Counted from the stretch's first letter, positions 32,101-42,990 are shown. The stretch: 64,000 nt of DNA from Balanoglossus misakiensis (GCA_040954595.2 CM082590.2:9450088-9514087), one strand, 5' to 3'. Made by a program: numbers and translations. Notes: generated by a model not told the origin, from the letters alone.

Positions 32101-35100
32101 GTCAATTGGAGTGAAGACATCACACGGGCAGCAAGGAAGTCAGGTACACAAATATTTAGAAATTGTATGTATAATTATAATAAGGCTTTGTTGAATACTA
32201 TACACACGATGACTGACAATGAGGGCAACAGTGTATTTTGATGACCGAGGGCACTGCTAGTCGCAACTAAAACAGTCTTGTTTTCCTGAGGGCATAGCCC
32301 GAGGGAAAACAGACTGTTTTGGTGTGACTGGCAGTCCCGAGGTTATCAAAAGTACACTGTTGCCCAAATATGTCAGTCATCATGTGTTTTATAAGACACC
32401 AAACACGACACACACCACATCCAGGCAACAGTACCGGGCAGAAACCGATCGAACTGATGCCCTAGGGAACAGTTCGAAATGACTAAGGTCACGTGACGGC
32501 GTGTTGACAAATCATGATCGAGGGTTCACTGCATGGTGTGTTACAAAATGGGTTAAAACTGGAAACATTTCAGAGACAATATTTGCCATTTATCACACAG
32601 CATTAATCTTTTGAATCATTGTATGTCCTCACACACAAAGTTGAAGCAGCTTTAGTCCCATAGACTGTATGTGGATAGGTGTTAATCCTTACACTGGCTC
32701 AGGTCTGGCCAACAAAACCATCTTAAATCTGAAACATCCAGGACCACTTAAACCGTTCACACATAATAATTTACGCTAGTATTTGAGCTGAGACGTTTTA
32801 AGAAATGTTTCAAAGTATTTTTCCAATTTTTCAGTTGATTGATTTCTCAATTATCAGAACTTTATTTGTTTATATTGAAACTTGGAAGAAGTGTTTTTTG
32901 ACAACAAAAATGACACTTGGTGTATATAGTTACATACAGCAAAGATCTTCATAACACAAAATTGATTGTTCTTGTCCAGGGTGTGTTGTGTCTGCAATAT
33001 CAGAGAATTATCTAGCCTCATCTCTCTGCACAAAGGAAGTGCGAATGGCTCGAGACATCGGCCGAACGGTCATCCCTGTCATCCTGCCTGAAACACATCA
33101 GACATCTGACCCTCGCAACAAACTGGTGTCCAGCCACTACAAGGGCCAATTCCTTCCCCACACAGTGGCCAGAGAATTGTCCGCAGTCTCCTGGGTCGAT
33201 TTCCGCGACGAGTCGAATCTCAAATCGGCAGACCCCAAGGATTTGAAGAGTTTCCAGAAGAAATATCAGCACCAATTGAACACTCTGGTGGACATGATAT
33301 GCGAGATTAACGGCTATAGTCGAGTCTTCAATCTCACAGGTAGGACTTATTACTCACAGTCATAATTATATGCAAATTTAACCACTGTTACCATGGAAAA
33401 TTGATAATTTAGCAATCACAGATTTTAAGTGACCAGCAAATTTTCCGTTCGATGCATTCAAATAGTGGACTGCCTTCGCTTCCTTCCATATTTCATGCGC
33501 ACCGTATAAGTAGATTCTGGTTTTGTCCCTCCTTTTCACCCAAGCTGGTGTTCTTTCCCAATCTCCGGCAAAGATTATGGTCGCCGCCATCTTCTCTGTT
33601 GTTAGTACAGAGCACTGCCTTATGGGATTGACTGTTCACTAAACGTCTGTAACCAGCGGCTACAGCTGGAACATGCGTGTGAGACGAGCTAGGCGCTTTA
33701 ACATGTCATTTTGTACTTGTTATAGGTGAGTGGTTGCTGACTGTTGGAGATGGTGATGATATTGAAGAAGTGGCTCTCAACATCACGTCAATGGATGGCA
33801 ACAAATTGAACGGCAGTCTCATCCTGGCCAAATTCCGTGCCATAGAATTTCCTCTGGATGAATATTCCTACTTCGAAGGCTCCAACTTGCGGGTCAGTGG
33901 ATCGGTGAAGATCGGGATATTGATCCATACCTTCATCGTGTCCGCCACGCTGTCTTCAGATGGTGAAAGTCTGACTGGTAGTTATCAGATGTTGGAAAAG
34001 CCTGTGGAAGTGGGCATTGGTGAGAAGGTGGGTTAAAAATTGTACTGTTGGAGCTAGCATAGTGAAACCAGTGGCCAACTCTGTATACTGTGGCCACTTT
34101 GTTACAGTCCCTGTGCAGTTTACATGTGCAATTAATTGACCTGTCTGTAAAGGCCAGTGTAGGAAATTCCTTTGACTGCCCACTATACACAGGTTTGACA
34201 GTAGTTTGGTGTGTTTGCAACAATCCTTTATTAATCAAGATGTCCCATGATTTATCCTGTGCGAAAGAGTTTCAGACTTTGATTTTTGAGCTGCATATAA
34301 GAGGTAGAAGATGTTAGTATTCTGATGTGAGAACCATTGGTGATAGGATCGAGATATGGGTAGTTCGGTCAAGCATTTTGTTACTTTTATTTATTGTAGC
34401 TTGATCAGATGTTCCTGATCAGCCATAGACGAGTTACAAATGGCTGCTACAAACAACCTGTTAAGGGCACAAGGAAAGGTCAGGGTGCAAATCTGAAGGG
34501 GTCGTTTCAGGAGAAGCAAGTCCGATGGGCGCCGGACATGAAGAAAGCAATGCAGATTACAGGGAAGAGTTCCAGTGATGTTCAGACTTTACTGAAGGTG
34601 TGTGTGTATGTGTGTGTGTGTCGTCTGTCTGTCTGCTTGTGTGTGTGTGTGTGTGGGTGTGTGTTACATTCACACTTTCATACATCCACATACACTGTGC
34701 ACACATGCATACATACGTAGATACTGTAAAACACTTTATTTTCGCGAGTTAGAATTTTCGCGATATCGAGAGAGGCCACTGTTTCCAGAGTATTAATTTA
34801 CATTACACGTTCTCTTATTTCATTCACTGCATCGTTATCTTCAAAAAAAATTACGCGACTTTATATTTTCACGCTATTTTGGCTCTCGCGTATTTTGCGA
34901 AAATTTATTGCCCGCGAAAATGAAGTGTTTTACAGTATATCCCATCCCATCTGATCGTGAAGAGTGAAATGCTAAAAATTTCCACTGTCCTTTGGTTAGT
35001 AGTGCATCCTATGAAATTCCATTTTGCCCTGTGTGCATGGTCTGGCCACAATGAATGCTTCAGTGAGAAGACTGTATCACTCAAACAAAACAAAACACAA

Positions 35101-35561
35101 ACAAATAACATCCCTTGTGTCAACACATCTTCGTGAGATTGACAATTATACAATCACTCTGTTTCATATCAACTGGACAGATTAAAAAAATCGATGGTCT
35201 TTCTGTGCAGCTTAAACTTTTCATTGTAGTTCTCAAAAAAATGATTAAACAAATCCTGAAGCGCCCTTTTTTCCATTGACAACAAGATTTGTGTTTTCTC
35301 GTCCCACAGTCATTCAACTTGTACGACCGAGACGGCAGTGCTGAACTTGACCTCGACGAGTTGGATTTAGCCATCCGCCATTCCGGTGGCCGGGCCACCA
35401 AACAGGAACTCATGGAAATGATGCAAGAAGTGGACACGGATAATTCCGGAACTGTGGATTTCTACGAATACTTGGGCCTTTTAATGAAAGCTACTCCGAA
35501 AAGCAAGGGAGGCAGTATGTTAGCCAAGTCAGTCAAATCCAGATTTTGTACGATACAGTGA
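14692..35561 (+). CDS. Uncharacterised ~1694-aa multidomain protein: 4x Tudor/Agenet-like, 3x (TIR + beta-rich domain), DUF3887-like, EF-hand pair, C-terminal CaaX
   Basis: 24 phase-consistent exons summing to 5085 nt: 14692-14698, 17436-17533 (GC donor), 17763-17858, 18260-18413, 19016-19143, 19336-19431, 19569-19911, 20333-20839, 23466-23608, 24066-24300, 24689-24940 (or duplicate 26369-26620), 25287-25482 (or 26962-27157), 27405-27625, 28075-28400, 28789-28869, 29254-29469, 30127-30331, 30833-31057, 31432-31671, 31940-32143, 32980-33339, 33726-34027, 34400-34597, 35310-35561. Motifs: KIHYDKWDSAYDE/KVTYDGWGSVYDE (Tudor-knot-like); YDVMISYRSWD...VWRD...ISENYLASSLCTKEV...VIPVIL (TIR_2); DRDGSAELDLDE and DTDNSGTVDFYE (EF hands); ...KSVKSRFCTIQ*. 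The 7-nt first exon is the least certain. Confidence 0.85.
16123..17230 (+). repeat. 107-bp minisatellite, ~10 copies, rich in CCAAT boxes
   Basis: accaatc(a/c)ca recurs at 16205, 16312, 16419, 16526, 16633, 16740, 16847, 16954, 17061 and 17168 (107-bp period). Confidence 0.95.
18440..18607. mobile_element. Tc1/mariner-type MITE (CAGTNAAACCTG TIR, TA target); representative copy
   Basis: cagtcaaacctgt...acaggtttgactg-ta. Relatives at 1737-1878, 9900-10058, 29738-30090, 34070-34200, 36471-36621, 47390-47482, 52545-52709 and 57800-57884. Confidence 0.8.
20905..23432. repeat. Compound trinucleotide microsatellite: (ATC)n 20938-22330 followed by its reverse complement (GAT)n 22331-23432
   Basis: Directly visible; it fills almost all of intron 8 (20840-23465) of the TIR gene. 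Confidence 0.97.
23710..23951. mobile_element. TTAA MITE, AGGGACAAAGT family (internally deleted copy)
   Basis: TIR agggacaaagtctctctc / gagagagactttgtccct. Related copies at 63130-63474 and partial copies at ~54833 and ~61880-61990. Confidence 0.8.
24142..27495 (+). repeat. Intragenic tandem duplication, ~1.68 kb x2 (24142-25820 and 25821-27495)
   Basis: The sequence tccgtggcgaatggtcgcag at 24142 recurs at 25821, and exons 11-12 are duplicated. The junction fuses the 5' part of exon 13 to the 3' part of exon 10 across a TC microhomology. Confidence 0.95.
29840..30016 (-). mobile_element. Short 3' end of an L2-like LINE nested in a Tc1/mariner-type MITE
   Basis: The minus strand reads WNALPLDIRESTNLQTFKRKLKTHMFERAYSVV*, with a (TTGA)n tail. 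It interrupts the MITE motif acatgtggttctatgtcaaaggg that is intact at ~47392. Confidence 0.8.
32202..32388. repeat. Long imperfect hairpin (fold-back non-autonomous DNA element) in intron 20 of the TIR gene
   Basis: acacgatgactgaca...ggcaacagtgta...aaaacagtct pairs with agactgtttt...tacactgttgcc...tgtcagtcatcatgtgt. Confidence 0.7.
34724..34935. mobile_element. TA-flanked MITE with CTGTAAAA TIR
   Basis: ta-ctgtaaaacact...agtgttttacag-ta. Relatives at 4824-4991, ~55308-55503 and ~62250-62530. Confidence 0.75.
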
Positions 35562-35714
35562 GTTGATAAGTTTCACAGTCAGTAAAACAATTGTCTAGTA
35601 TCTAGACCTGTTCTCTGTCTGCTTTGCCTTAAAACTAACGTTTACGTGATTCACTTCCAGGAAAGTGATTAAACTCAGTAATACACTCAAGAATGCAACT
35701 GCATAAATATTTAC

Positions 35715-36079
35715 CTCATAGACCCCTTGATTATCTATATCTTCAAAGTTCTTCCAAGTGACGCATATGTGATGCCATTCTCCATAGTTTGCTTCCAGAC
35801 CCGAGTCTTCTCCGTTGACGTTGTTCACGGAAAGTTTCAAATTCGAGGGGTTCTCAAACTGGAAGCTGGAGTCTGGTCCCGCGTAATAACTGACCATTGT
35901 ACCGGTGTTGTCTCCTGCATCTGATCTCATCCACCAACAGAGGGTGAACTCAGTCAGGTCTGGGATTGGTTCGTCAATAGTCACCTGACTTGACTGTCTG
36001 TCGAAGACAAGCGTCTTCTGCTCCAGATCGCCACCCATGCAGTTTTCATCGTAAAGTGGGAAATCATTGTAGTGACCCT
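35715..36079 (-). CDS. Isolated pentraxin (PTX/LamG-like) domain exon; may be a pseudogene remnant
   Basis: Open 365-nt exon with acceptor (attattctcag) and donor (GAG|gtaaat). It encodes ...LTEFTLCWWMRS...GTMVSY...GEWHHICVTW, which includes the pentraxin HxCxTW signature. I found no partner exons in the window. Confidence 0.7.
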
Positions 36080-36440
36080 CTGAGAATAATCAATATGCCC
36101 ATTCTGTTCTGTTCCTTTGGAGGTGTGAAATGATGTGTGTCTAAGATTGTACTCTTAGCTTCATTGCAAATATTGCTGGCAAATTTGTTTAAAGTGAAAC
36201 TGGTTTTGTACGGGAATGAGGGAACATCGTCTACATCGATGGAAAGAGTGTTCCCACGACTGAATGAAAACAATGTCCATGTGAAAAACCTGATGCTGTA
36301 TTTTGATTTTCCCCAATTTGGCAGGAACCTGAGTGAAATGACCGATGATTTTGTTTGTGAAACCATCCTTGCCATTTACCATTACTCAGAAATGATTTAT
36401 TTGCAATAGTGGAAGTGTATCAGAGTTCATGCAGAGTTTC

Positions 36441-36446
36441 AATAAA
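36441..36446 (+). terminator. Probable polyA signal of the TIR/EF-hand gene
   Basis: AATAAA about 880 nt after the stop codon, followed by T-rich sequence. Confidence 0.45.
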
Positions 36447-36937
36447 AGAATTTGCATTTTCTTTCACAAACAGTAAAACCTGTCTAAACTGAACACATTT
36501 TCCTGTCCCTTCGGCATAGAACCACATGTTCAAAGAACCTTTATAAACCAGACATCCTTGTAAACAAAACAATTTTTACAGTCCCTTTGGTGTCCAGTTA
36601 AGAGTTAGACAGGTTTTACTGTATATACCAGTCAGAGGAGAACCATTTAATTTCTTTGGAGGATGCATACCACCTTTACCACTATAATGTAAATGCTTAA
36701 TGATTAAAGATTGATTATTATTCTTCTGCTACAACTTCTGATATAGAGTAAGATTGAGATAAATTGCTATTAACGAATTTAAATGTTTACAACCAACAGA
36801 AAATTAACTTTTTAAAAAGGTAGGGTATATATTCAATAGAAAGAAAAACCATAAATCATCGTCAGAGGGCGCTGTATGCGACCTTTGACCTTCTGGTCGG
36901 TAAGACGCGTCCAGCGTAAATGCGCGTTACCGTGGGG

Positions 36938-38110
36938 ATAGCTTAGAGATATGCGATTTTGACAGTACAGACAACGAACCTTTTAATAAAATTGGCTTTT
37001 TCTCATTATAGCAGAACTTGCTGTAATAATTATTGTTTTTTATTTCGCATGTGATAATTAATCATATATATAAGCTTTCTCAACTCTCTTGGCCGAGCAA
37101 TCTACTGGCGTAGTGGTTAGCGCTCTTGACTGGGAAATAATTGGGAGTGTGTTCGATTCCTGGCCGGACATTTTTTTGCAAGTTTTCTTACGTAATCATT
37201 GTAAATGTACTTTAATTTTTTCAAACTTTGCATTATTACTTTTTATTTTTTCTCAAAGAATTAAGAAAAGCAAATTATTGGCTCAGGCTGTTCAAACTGC
37301 ACCTTCAACTTGAAGTATTGTTATTTCATCCAAAAACTTCGTGTCGTTATGAAATGATTGACGGATAGTTGTTATATTGCCTACTGACTAGTTTATGAGT
37401 CACAATTAACGCAGAAAGTAAAATAAACTCTTTTTCAACTGAAAGAGTCACAGTTTTCCCGGTAATTTTCAATAATTTCATTCGTTTCTCCTACCCCCCA
37501 GCGCCTTCCATATTGGTACTCGCCTTGATATCTGCATATGCAAATGCATGCAAATACATGCTAATCTTGCCGACGGCTTGTTGATTACGGGCAAATTTAC
37601 GCGGTTTTTCTCAATATTTCACTTAGTTTTCCACCAAATAAAACCGGATTTTATGCTAAAGTGTTTAGATTGCTTGTCCGAACCCAGGCAAAGTCTAACA
37701 TGTAAGCAAAAAGTAGGTTTTGAGGCCGATTTTTCAGTTTAAATGTCTCAGATGGCAATCTTTCAATTCTTTTGTTTTTATCAGAATTTGAAGGTCTACA
37801 AGCCCTTTTCGGCCAAAAAAGTGAAGAGGTTGGATTTAAGGGTTTTCCAGTAGTCTACAGGTGGGGGTACAGGAAATATTACCGAACTTTAGTGGTGTGC
37901 ACTGGTTTAGCAGTAACAATTTTGTTTTCTAAGATTTAGAATAATTTTGTCTGGTGAGAATATACTCGATTTTGCGGATGATGGTAACCATGGAGATGAC
38001 GACATAGATGACGAGAATAGTGATGACGACTTAACAATGAAAATAGTGAGGATAATGAAATGGCGATGATAAATATTTCCATGATGTGAACCGGACAATA
38101 TATAATGCTA
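36938..38110 (+). mobile_element. Composite non-autonomous interspersed repeat, copy A (tRNA-like head plus conserved core)
   Basis: The front (tagcttagagatatgcgatttt...) is shared with 38722-39035. The core 37518-38110 is shared with 39792-40515 and 45606-46240. Degenerate A/B boxes at 37105-37160. Confidence 0.75.
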
Positions 38111-38721
38111 ATATTTATTAATATTTTTCGTAAATTAACCCAATGCGAATCTCGCGAACGCGCAAGGTTTCATGGGAAATCGTGGAGCGGAAGTGCAGAA
38201 ATTGACCAGACGACGCTATGCTCTAACACGGAAGTGGCCGATTTGTGCGTCAAAATACGAAGGGGAATATGGTTTTTAAATGAAACGACACCAAGTACTC
38301 GTTGATACGCTCACTGGTGAGTACCCCCACGTATGTTTTTAGATTGCAATATTGTATATTGGAAAGATATCGTAGTTTTTCGTGTGCTTTAGCAGCGAGC
38401 GATCGGGTCCGCATTGTTTACAGTGGACTGATCGCCCTTTACGGATATATTTCAGTGAAATATATTTCAAGACATTTTTTCTGAATCGTCAATGTACCTC
38501 TGGTACAGACAGATTTTAATATACTCAGAAAATTACGACGTTCACGAAAATGTGAAGCCGACGTCGCACAGCAAGACTACGGGCTGCACGTACGCGGACG
38601 GCCCGGCGACGCGTCTGGTCTGTTTCCGTGACGACATGACGCGCCTGCCTAGTTACGTCAGACGCAGTGCGAACAATGATCACCTGGATTTGCAGATTTG
38701 ACCCCTGTTGACCTCAGTTGG

Positions 38722-40515
38722 AATAGCTTAGAGATATGCGATTTTAACAGTACAAACAACGAACCTAAATTAATAAAAATTAACGTTTTCTCATTATAGC
38801 AGGTTCAACAGAACTTACTGTAATGAGATAATTAGGCCTACTGTAATTTATTTCGGATATCATATTTGATTTCTCGAGAGTTAACCGAGCAATCTACTAG
38901 CTTAATGGTTAGTGTTCAAGACTGCGAATTGGATCGCAGTTCGTTCGAGACCAGGCTTTCCTTTTTTTTTTTTTTGCTGCTAGTTTTCTTTTGTAATCAT
39001 TGTACATGTACATTAATTTTCAAACTTTGCATTAAAACGTGTTAATTGTTTCATGAAAATCATCCAAAAATTACGGTGGTTCGACTTTGCGAATATTCTT
39101 CATTATTTTTGAAAAAATCATGGATTAGGCTATAGCTCATGAAAATCATCAAAAAATGACGATTTTTCGACTTTGTGAAGTTTCGAAATTTTTTTCATTT
39201 TTTGAAAAAAATCATGGATTATAGCTCATGAAAATCATCCAAAAATGACGATTTTTCGACTTTGCGAAGTTTCTAAATTTATTCACTTTTTGAAAAAAAT
39301 CATGGGTTATAGCTCATGAAAACCATCAAAAAATGACGATTTTTCGACTTTGCGGATTTTCGAAATTTCTTCATTTTTTGAAAAAATCATGGGTTATAGC
39401 TCATGAAAATCTTCAAAAATCGACGATTTTTCGACTTTGCGAATTTTCAAAATTTCTTCATTTCTTGACAAAAAACATGGGTTATAGCTCATGAAAATCT
39501 TCAAAAATCGACGATTTTTCGACTTTGCGAATTTTCAAAATTTCTTCATTTCTTGACAAAAAACATGGGTTATAGCTCATGAAAATCTTCAAAAATCGAC
39601 GATTTTTCGACTTTGCGAATTTTCAAAATTTCTTCATTTCTTGACAAAAACCATGGGTTATAGCTCATGAAAATCTTCAAAAAACGACGATTTTTCGAGT
39701 TTGCGAGGTTTCCAAATTTATTCATTTCTTGACAAAAACCATGGGTTATAGCTCATGAAAATCTTCAAAAAAACGACGATTTTTCGACTTTGCGATACGG
39801 CCATTTGTTATGGGAAAGTACAATACACAGTATACGAGGTTAAAGGTCGCGACGAGCGCCCTCTTTTAATCGCCATCAAAATTACTTTGTTCACCCCCTT
39901 CCCTTTTTGCAGTACTCACCTTGATATCTGCATATGCAAATACATGCAAATACATGCAAATCTTGCCGACGGCATGATGACTTCGGGGGTAATTTTGGCG
40001 GTTTTTCTCAATATTTCACTTAGTTTTCCACCAAATAAAACCGGATTTTATGCTAAAGTGTTTAGATTGCTTGTCCGAACCCAGGCAAAGTATAACATGT
40101 AAGCAAAAAGTAGGTTTTGAGGCCGATTTTTCAGTTTAAATGTCTCAGATGGCAATCTTTCAATTCTTTTGTTTTTATCAGAATTTGAAGGTCTACAAGC
40201 CCTTTTCGGCCAAAAAAGTGAAGAGGTTGGATTTAAGGGTTTTCCAGTAGTTTACAGGTGGGGGTACATGAAATATTACCGAAATTTAGTGGTGTGTACT
40301 TGTTTAGCAGTAACAATTTTGTATTCTAAGATTTAGAATATTTTTTTCTGGTTAGAATATAGTCGATTTTGAGGATGATGGTAACCATGGAGATGATGAT
40401 AGAGATGATGAGAATAGTGATGACGACTATATAATGATAATGGTGATGATAATGAAATGGCAGTGATAAAGATTATTATGATGTGAAGCGGACAATATCT
40501 AATGCTAAATTTTAT
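38722..40515 (+). mobile_element. Composite interspersed repeat, copy B (contains the 88-bp array)
   Basis: Homologous to copies A and C over hundreds of bp. Confidence 0.75.
39050..39795 (+). repeat. 88-bp minisatellite, ~8.5 copies, inside a composite interspersed repeat
   Basis: gctcatgaaaa at 39135, 39224, 39312, 39399, 39487, 39575, 39663 and 39751. Confidence 0.95.
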
Positions 40516-41690
40516 TTGTAGATCATGAAATATCCCAATCATTGATGAATTTGACCGGAAGAGGCTGCAAGGTCATTCGGGTCAACCATCTAGGGCTTCA
40601 TGCATCGTATCGGAGAAACTTTGGCGACGGCTACGCTTGCAGATTTCTTCGAATTAAACCAAGCAACGTCCGGGATTGTGCGTAATATGTATTGTTTGGA
40701 TGTAAGAGGTTAGAAATCTTCGGAGTATTTGACCGGGAACACAAATCAAGGTGAGAATCGATGTTACATCGCCGAGCTAGCTTGTATACAAATTACACGT
40801 GTTTACTTCATACATTGTGCATGTCTACCTCTGTACGTCACCTCTGCAGGACAGACGAGTCGCTCGTCAATTTGTCGAAACTGTATGTGTTATCGATAGA
40901 ATTACGGCCAATAACTGTTGCTTATGTTTACAATTATCTGAGTCTGATATGTTTCTTTCGTGTGCTACATCAGCGAATCTGACCTCAAACTACCTGCCCA
41001 TGTCTTAACACACCAATGTTGAATGTACCATTCATGAATGCAATGTATATTTCAATTGAAATCTACATCAGCTGTAAAATTTTGTTGATGGTTTCTTAAC
41101 AATGGTGTAGGTTTCAACAGGTTTTGCATTGCATCGTTCGAAGGATTTTTTTAATAATATGCCATTGATGTGGTTAAATATCAGTTTTCTATTTGTTGAG
41201 TGACAGAATGCTTAACTTTGGGGGAAAATGTTTCCTTAGTTTTAAATTGATTAGTAAAGCCCAACTATAAATATATTTATTGACAATGATGCCACATTTT
41301 CTTAATAAGTGACTTTTATTGAAAAGAATAATGAAATAATGATACAGAATGATTGTTTATTGAAATATTGACATCATCAAAGGTACATTGTTACTTGAAT
41401 TCAATGAAAACAAAAAAACGACAACTGTTATTTGCATTTCATGTTTTGAAAAAAATCCCATCATCAAATGTCCACCACTACCACCATCATGGTTGTTTAC
41501 ATCATTTCCATCTTCTCAATCACAGCAGCTGGTGACTTCATCTGCAACTCTCTGATACAAAGAGACAATGATACAAATTGAGAAATAGTTATGGTATTTT
41601 GAAACATACATTCTTAGATTTTTGATAACAAGTATGCCATAAAAGTGGTTGAGAGAATTACATGCTGTTCTAACCTTCACACCATTTTTA

Positions 41691-42620
41691 TTTCATCAGT
41701 AGGCCGATGATAACCAGCTATACCTCGCCTTTTCCCGTCAAGATTCAACCTCTGCCGTTCAAGCTCTGGAGATCTGTATCCGTGACATAAAGGAATGGAT
41801 GACGCTGAAGGTACAACTAAATGACAACAAAACCGAAGTCCTTGTTCTTCGCTCAAAATTTAGTCGTCTTCCTGATCCTATTCCATCCATCAATATCAGC
41901 TCTACATCTATCACTCCAGTAACAACAGCACGTAATCTGGGAGTTGTCTTCGATAGTATCCATATGTATAACCAGCACATCAAGAATACCTGCAAGTCCA
42001 TCTATTTTCATCTTCGACGCATCGGATCAATACGTCAGTACCTGTCTTCCAAGGATTGTTGTACTTTAATTCATGCAGTTCTTTCAACCAAACTTGATTA
42101 CTGCAATTCGTTACTGTTTGGTCTTCCTCAATCTGCAATTAATCTACTTCAGCGCTCGCAAAATACAGCAGCAAGAATCATCACCCGGTCGAAGAAGTTT
42201 GAACATGTCACTCCCGCTCTCATCTCTCTGCATTGGCTACCAGTTTGTGCCAGGATTGATTACAAGATATTGCTTCTTACATGTAAGGCCATTCATGGCC
42301 TTACCCCGGAGTACATTTCTGACATGGTTAATCGATATACCCCTTCACGCAGCTTAAGGACTCGGGAAAAGAACCTTCGGACAATAACACACTACAAACA
42401 AGTCAACTATGGAGGACGTGCATTTTCCTATGCTGCTCCAAAGCTCTGGAACTCACTACCTGATGACATTCGTCTAGCTACCAGTCTATACTCTTTTAAG
42501 GGGAAACTGAAGACTGACTTGTTTAAAACAGCCTACAGTGTGTGAACAACCATCGGGCGCCACTGAACAGTTCTCTGGATATTGGCGCCATAGAAATGTT
42601 TTTGATTGATTGATTGATTG
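41691..42620 (+). mobile_element. 5'-truncated L2/CR1-group LINE (RT C-terminus), inactive
   Basis: FHQ*ADDNQLY (YADD with Tyr changed to TAG), LNDNKTEVL, ARNLGVVFD, KLDYCNSLL, LHWLP, GRAFSYAAPKLWNSLP, then a (GATT)n tail at ~42603-42620. Confidence 0.92.
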
Positions 42621-42990
42621 TGATGCAGATTGATAATTTACAATTGTAAAATATACAGAGTGTTTAGACAATGACACAATCGTGTTTTATCTTTTTCCAA
42701 AGAGTAGTACAGTGCTAGTTATAGCCTTGGATGCGGTCAGCAGTCGACTCTCCAGAGTGCATTGTCAATGGGCTTTGGCTTTTCCCATACCACGTCTTTG
42801 AAAGCCAAGAAATATGTGCTTTCGATTGTAAAAACTATGAATGTTCCTATTAAATTCATTGATTGAAAATAAAGCTCGGTCTCATTATAGTAAGTTAAAA
42901 AAACTTGCTATAATGAGATCAAGCATTTTTTTTAAAACAAGTTAAGATGTCATAGTTATATGTTAGATTTTAATTCCATCACATAACCAA

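Noticed and set aside
32960-32985. Minus-strand GQEQ peptide as the second half of the pentraxin
   Set aside because: It is only the complement of the TIR exon's pyrimidine tract; the surrounding sequence has no pentraxin similarity.
37088-37170. Possible tRNA genes (also ~38885-38960, 42991-43062, ~43180-43230, 9618-9690)
   Set aside because: A/B boxes are present but the stems do not pair into a cloverleaf, and most sit in repeats. They are SINE heads or pseudo-tRNAs.
39755-40102. Repeated ORFs with ICKYMQIHANLAD (also 37548, 45705)
   Set aside because: These are translations of the non-coding repeat core (octamer triplet). Starts differ between copies and there is no splice or domain support.
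41270-41545. Possible minus-strand terminal exon (acceptor near 41552, short ORF, AATAAA downstream); a similar candidate at ~42700-42800
   Set aside because: No recognisable protein and no linkable upstream exons, so it cannot be supported.
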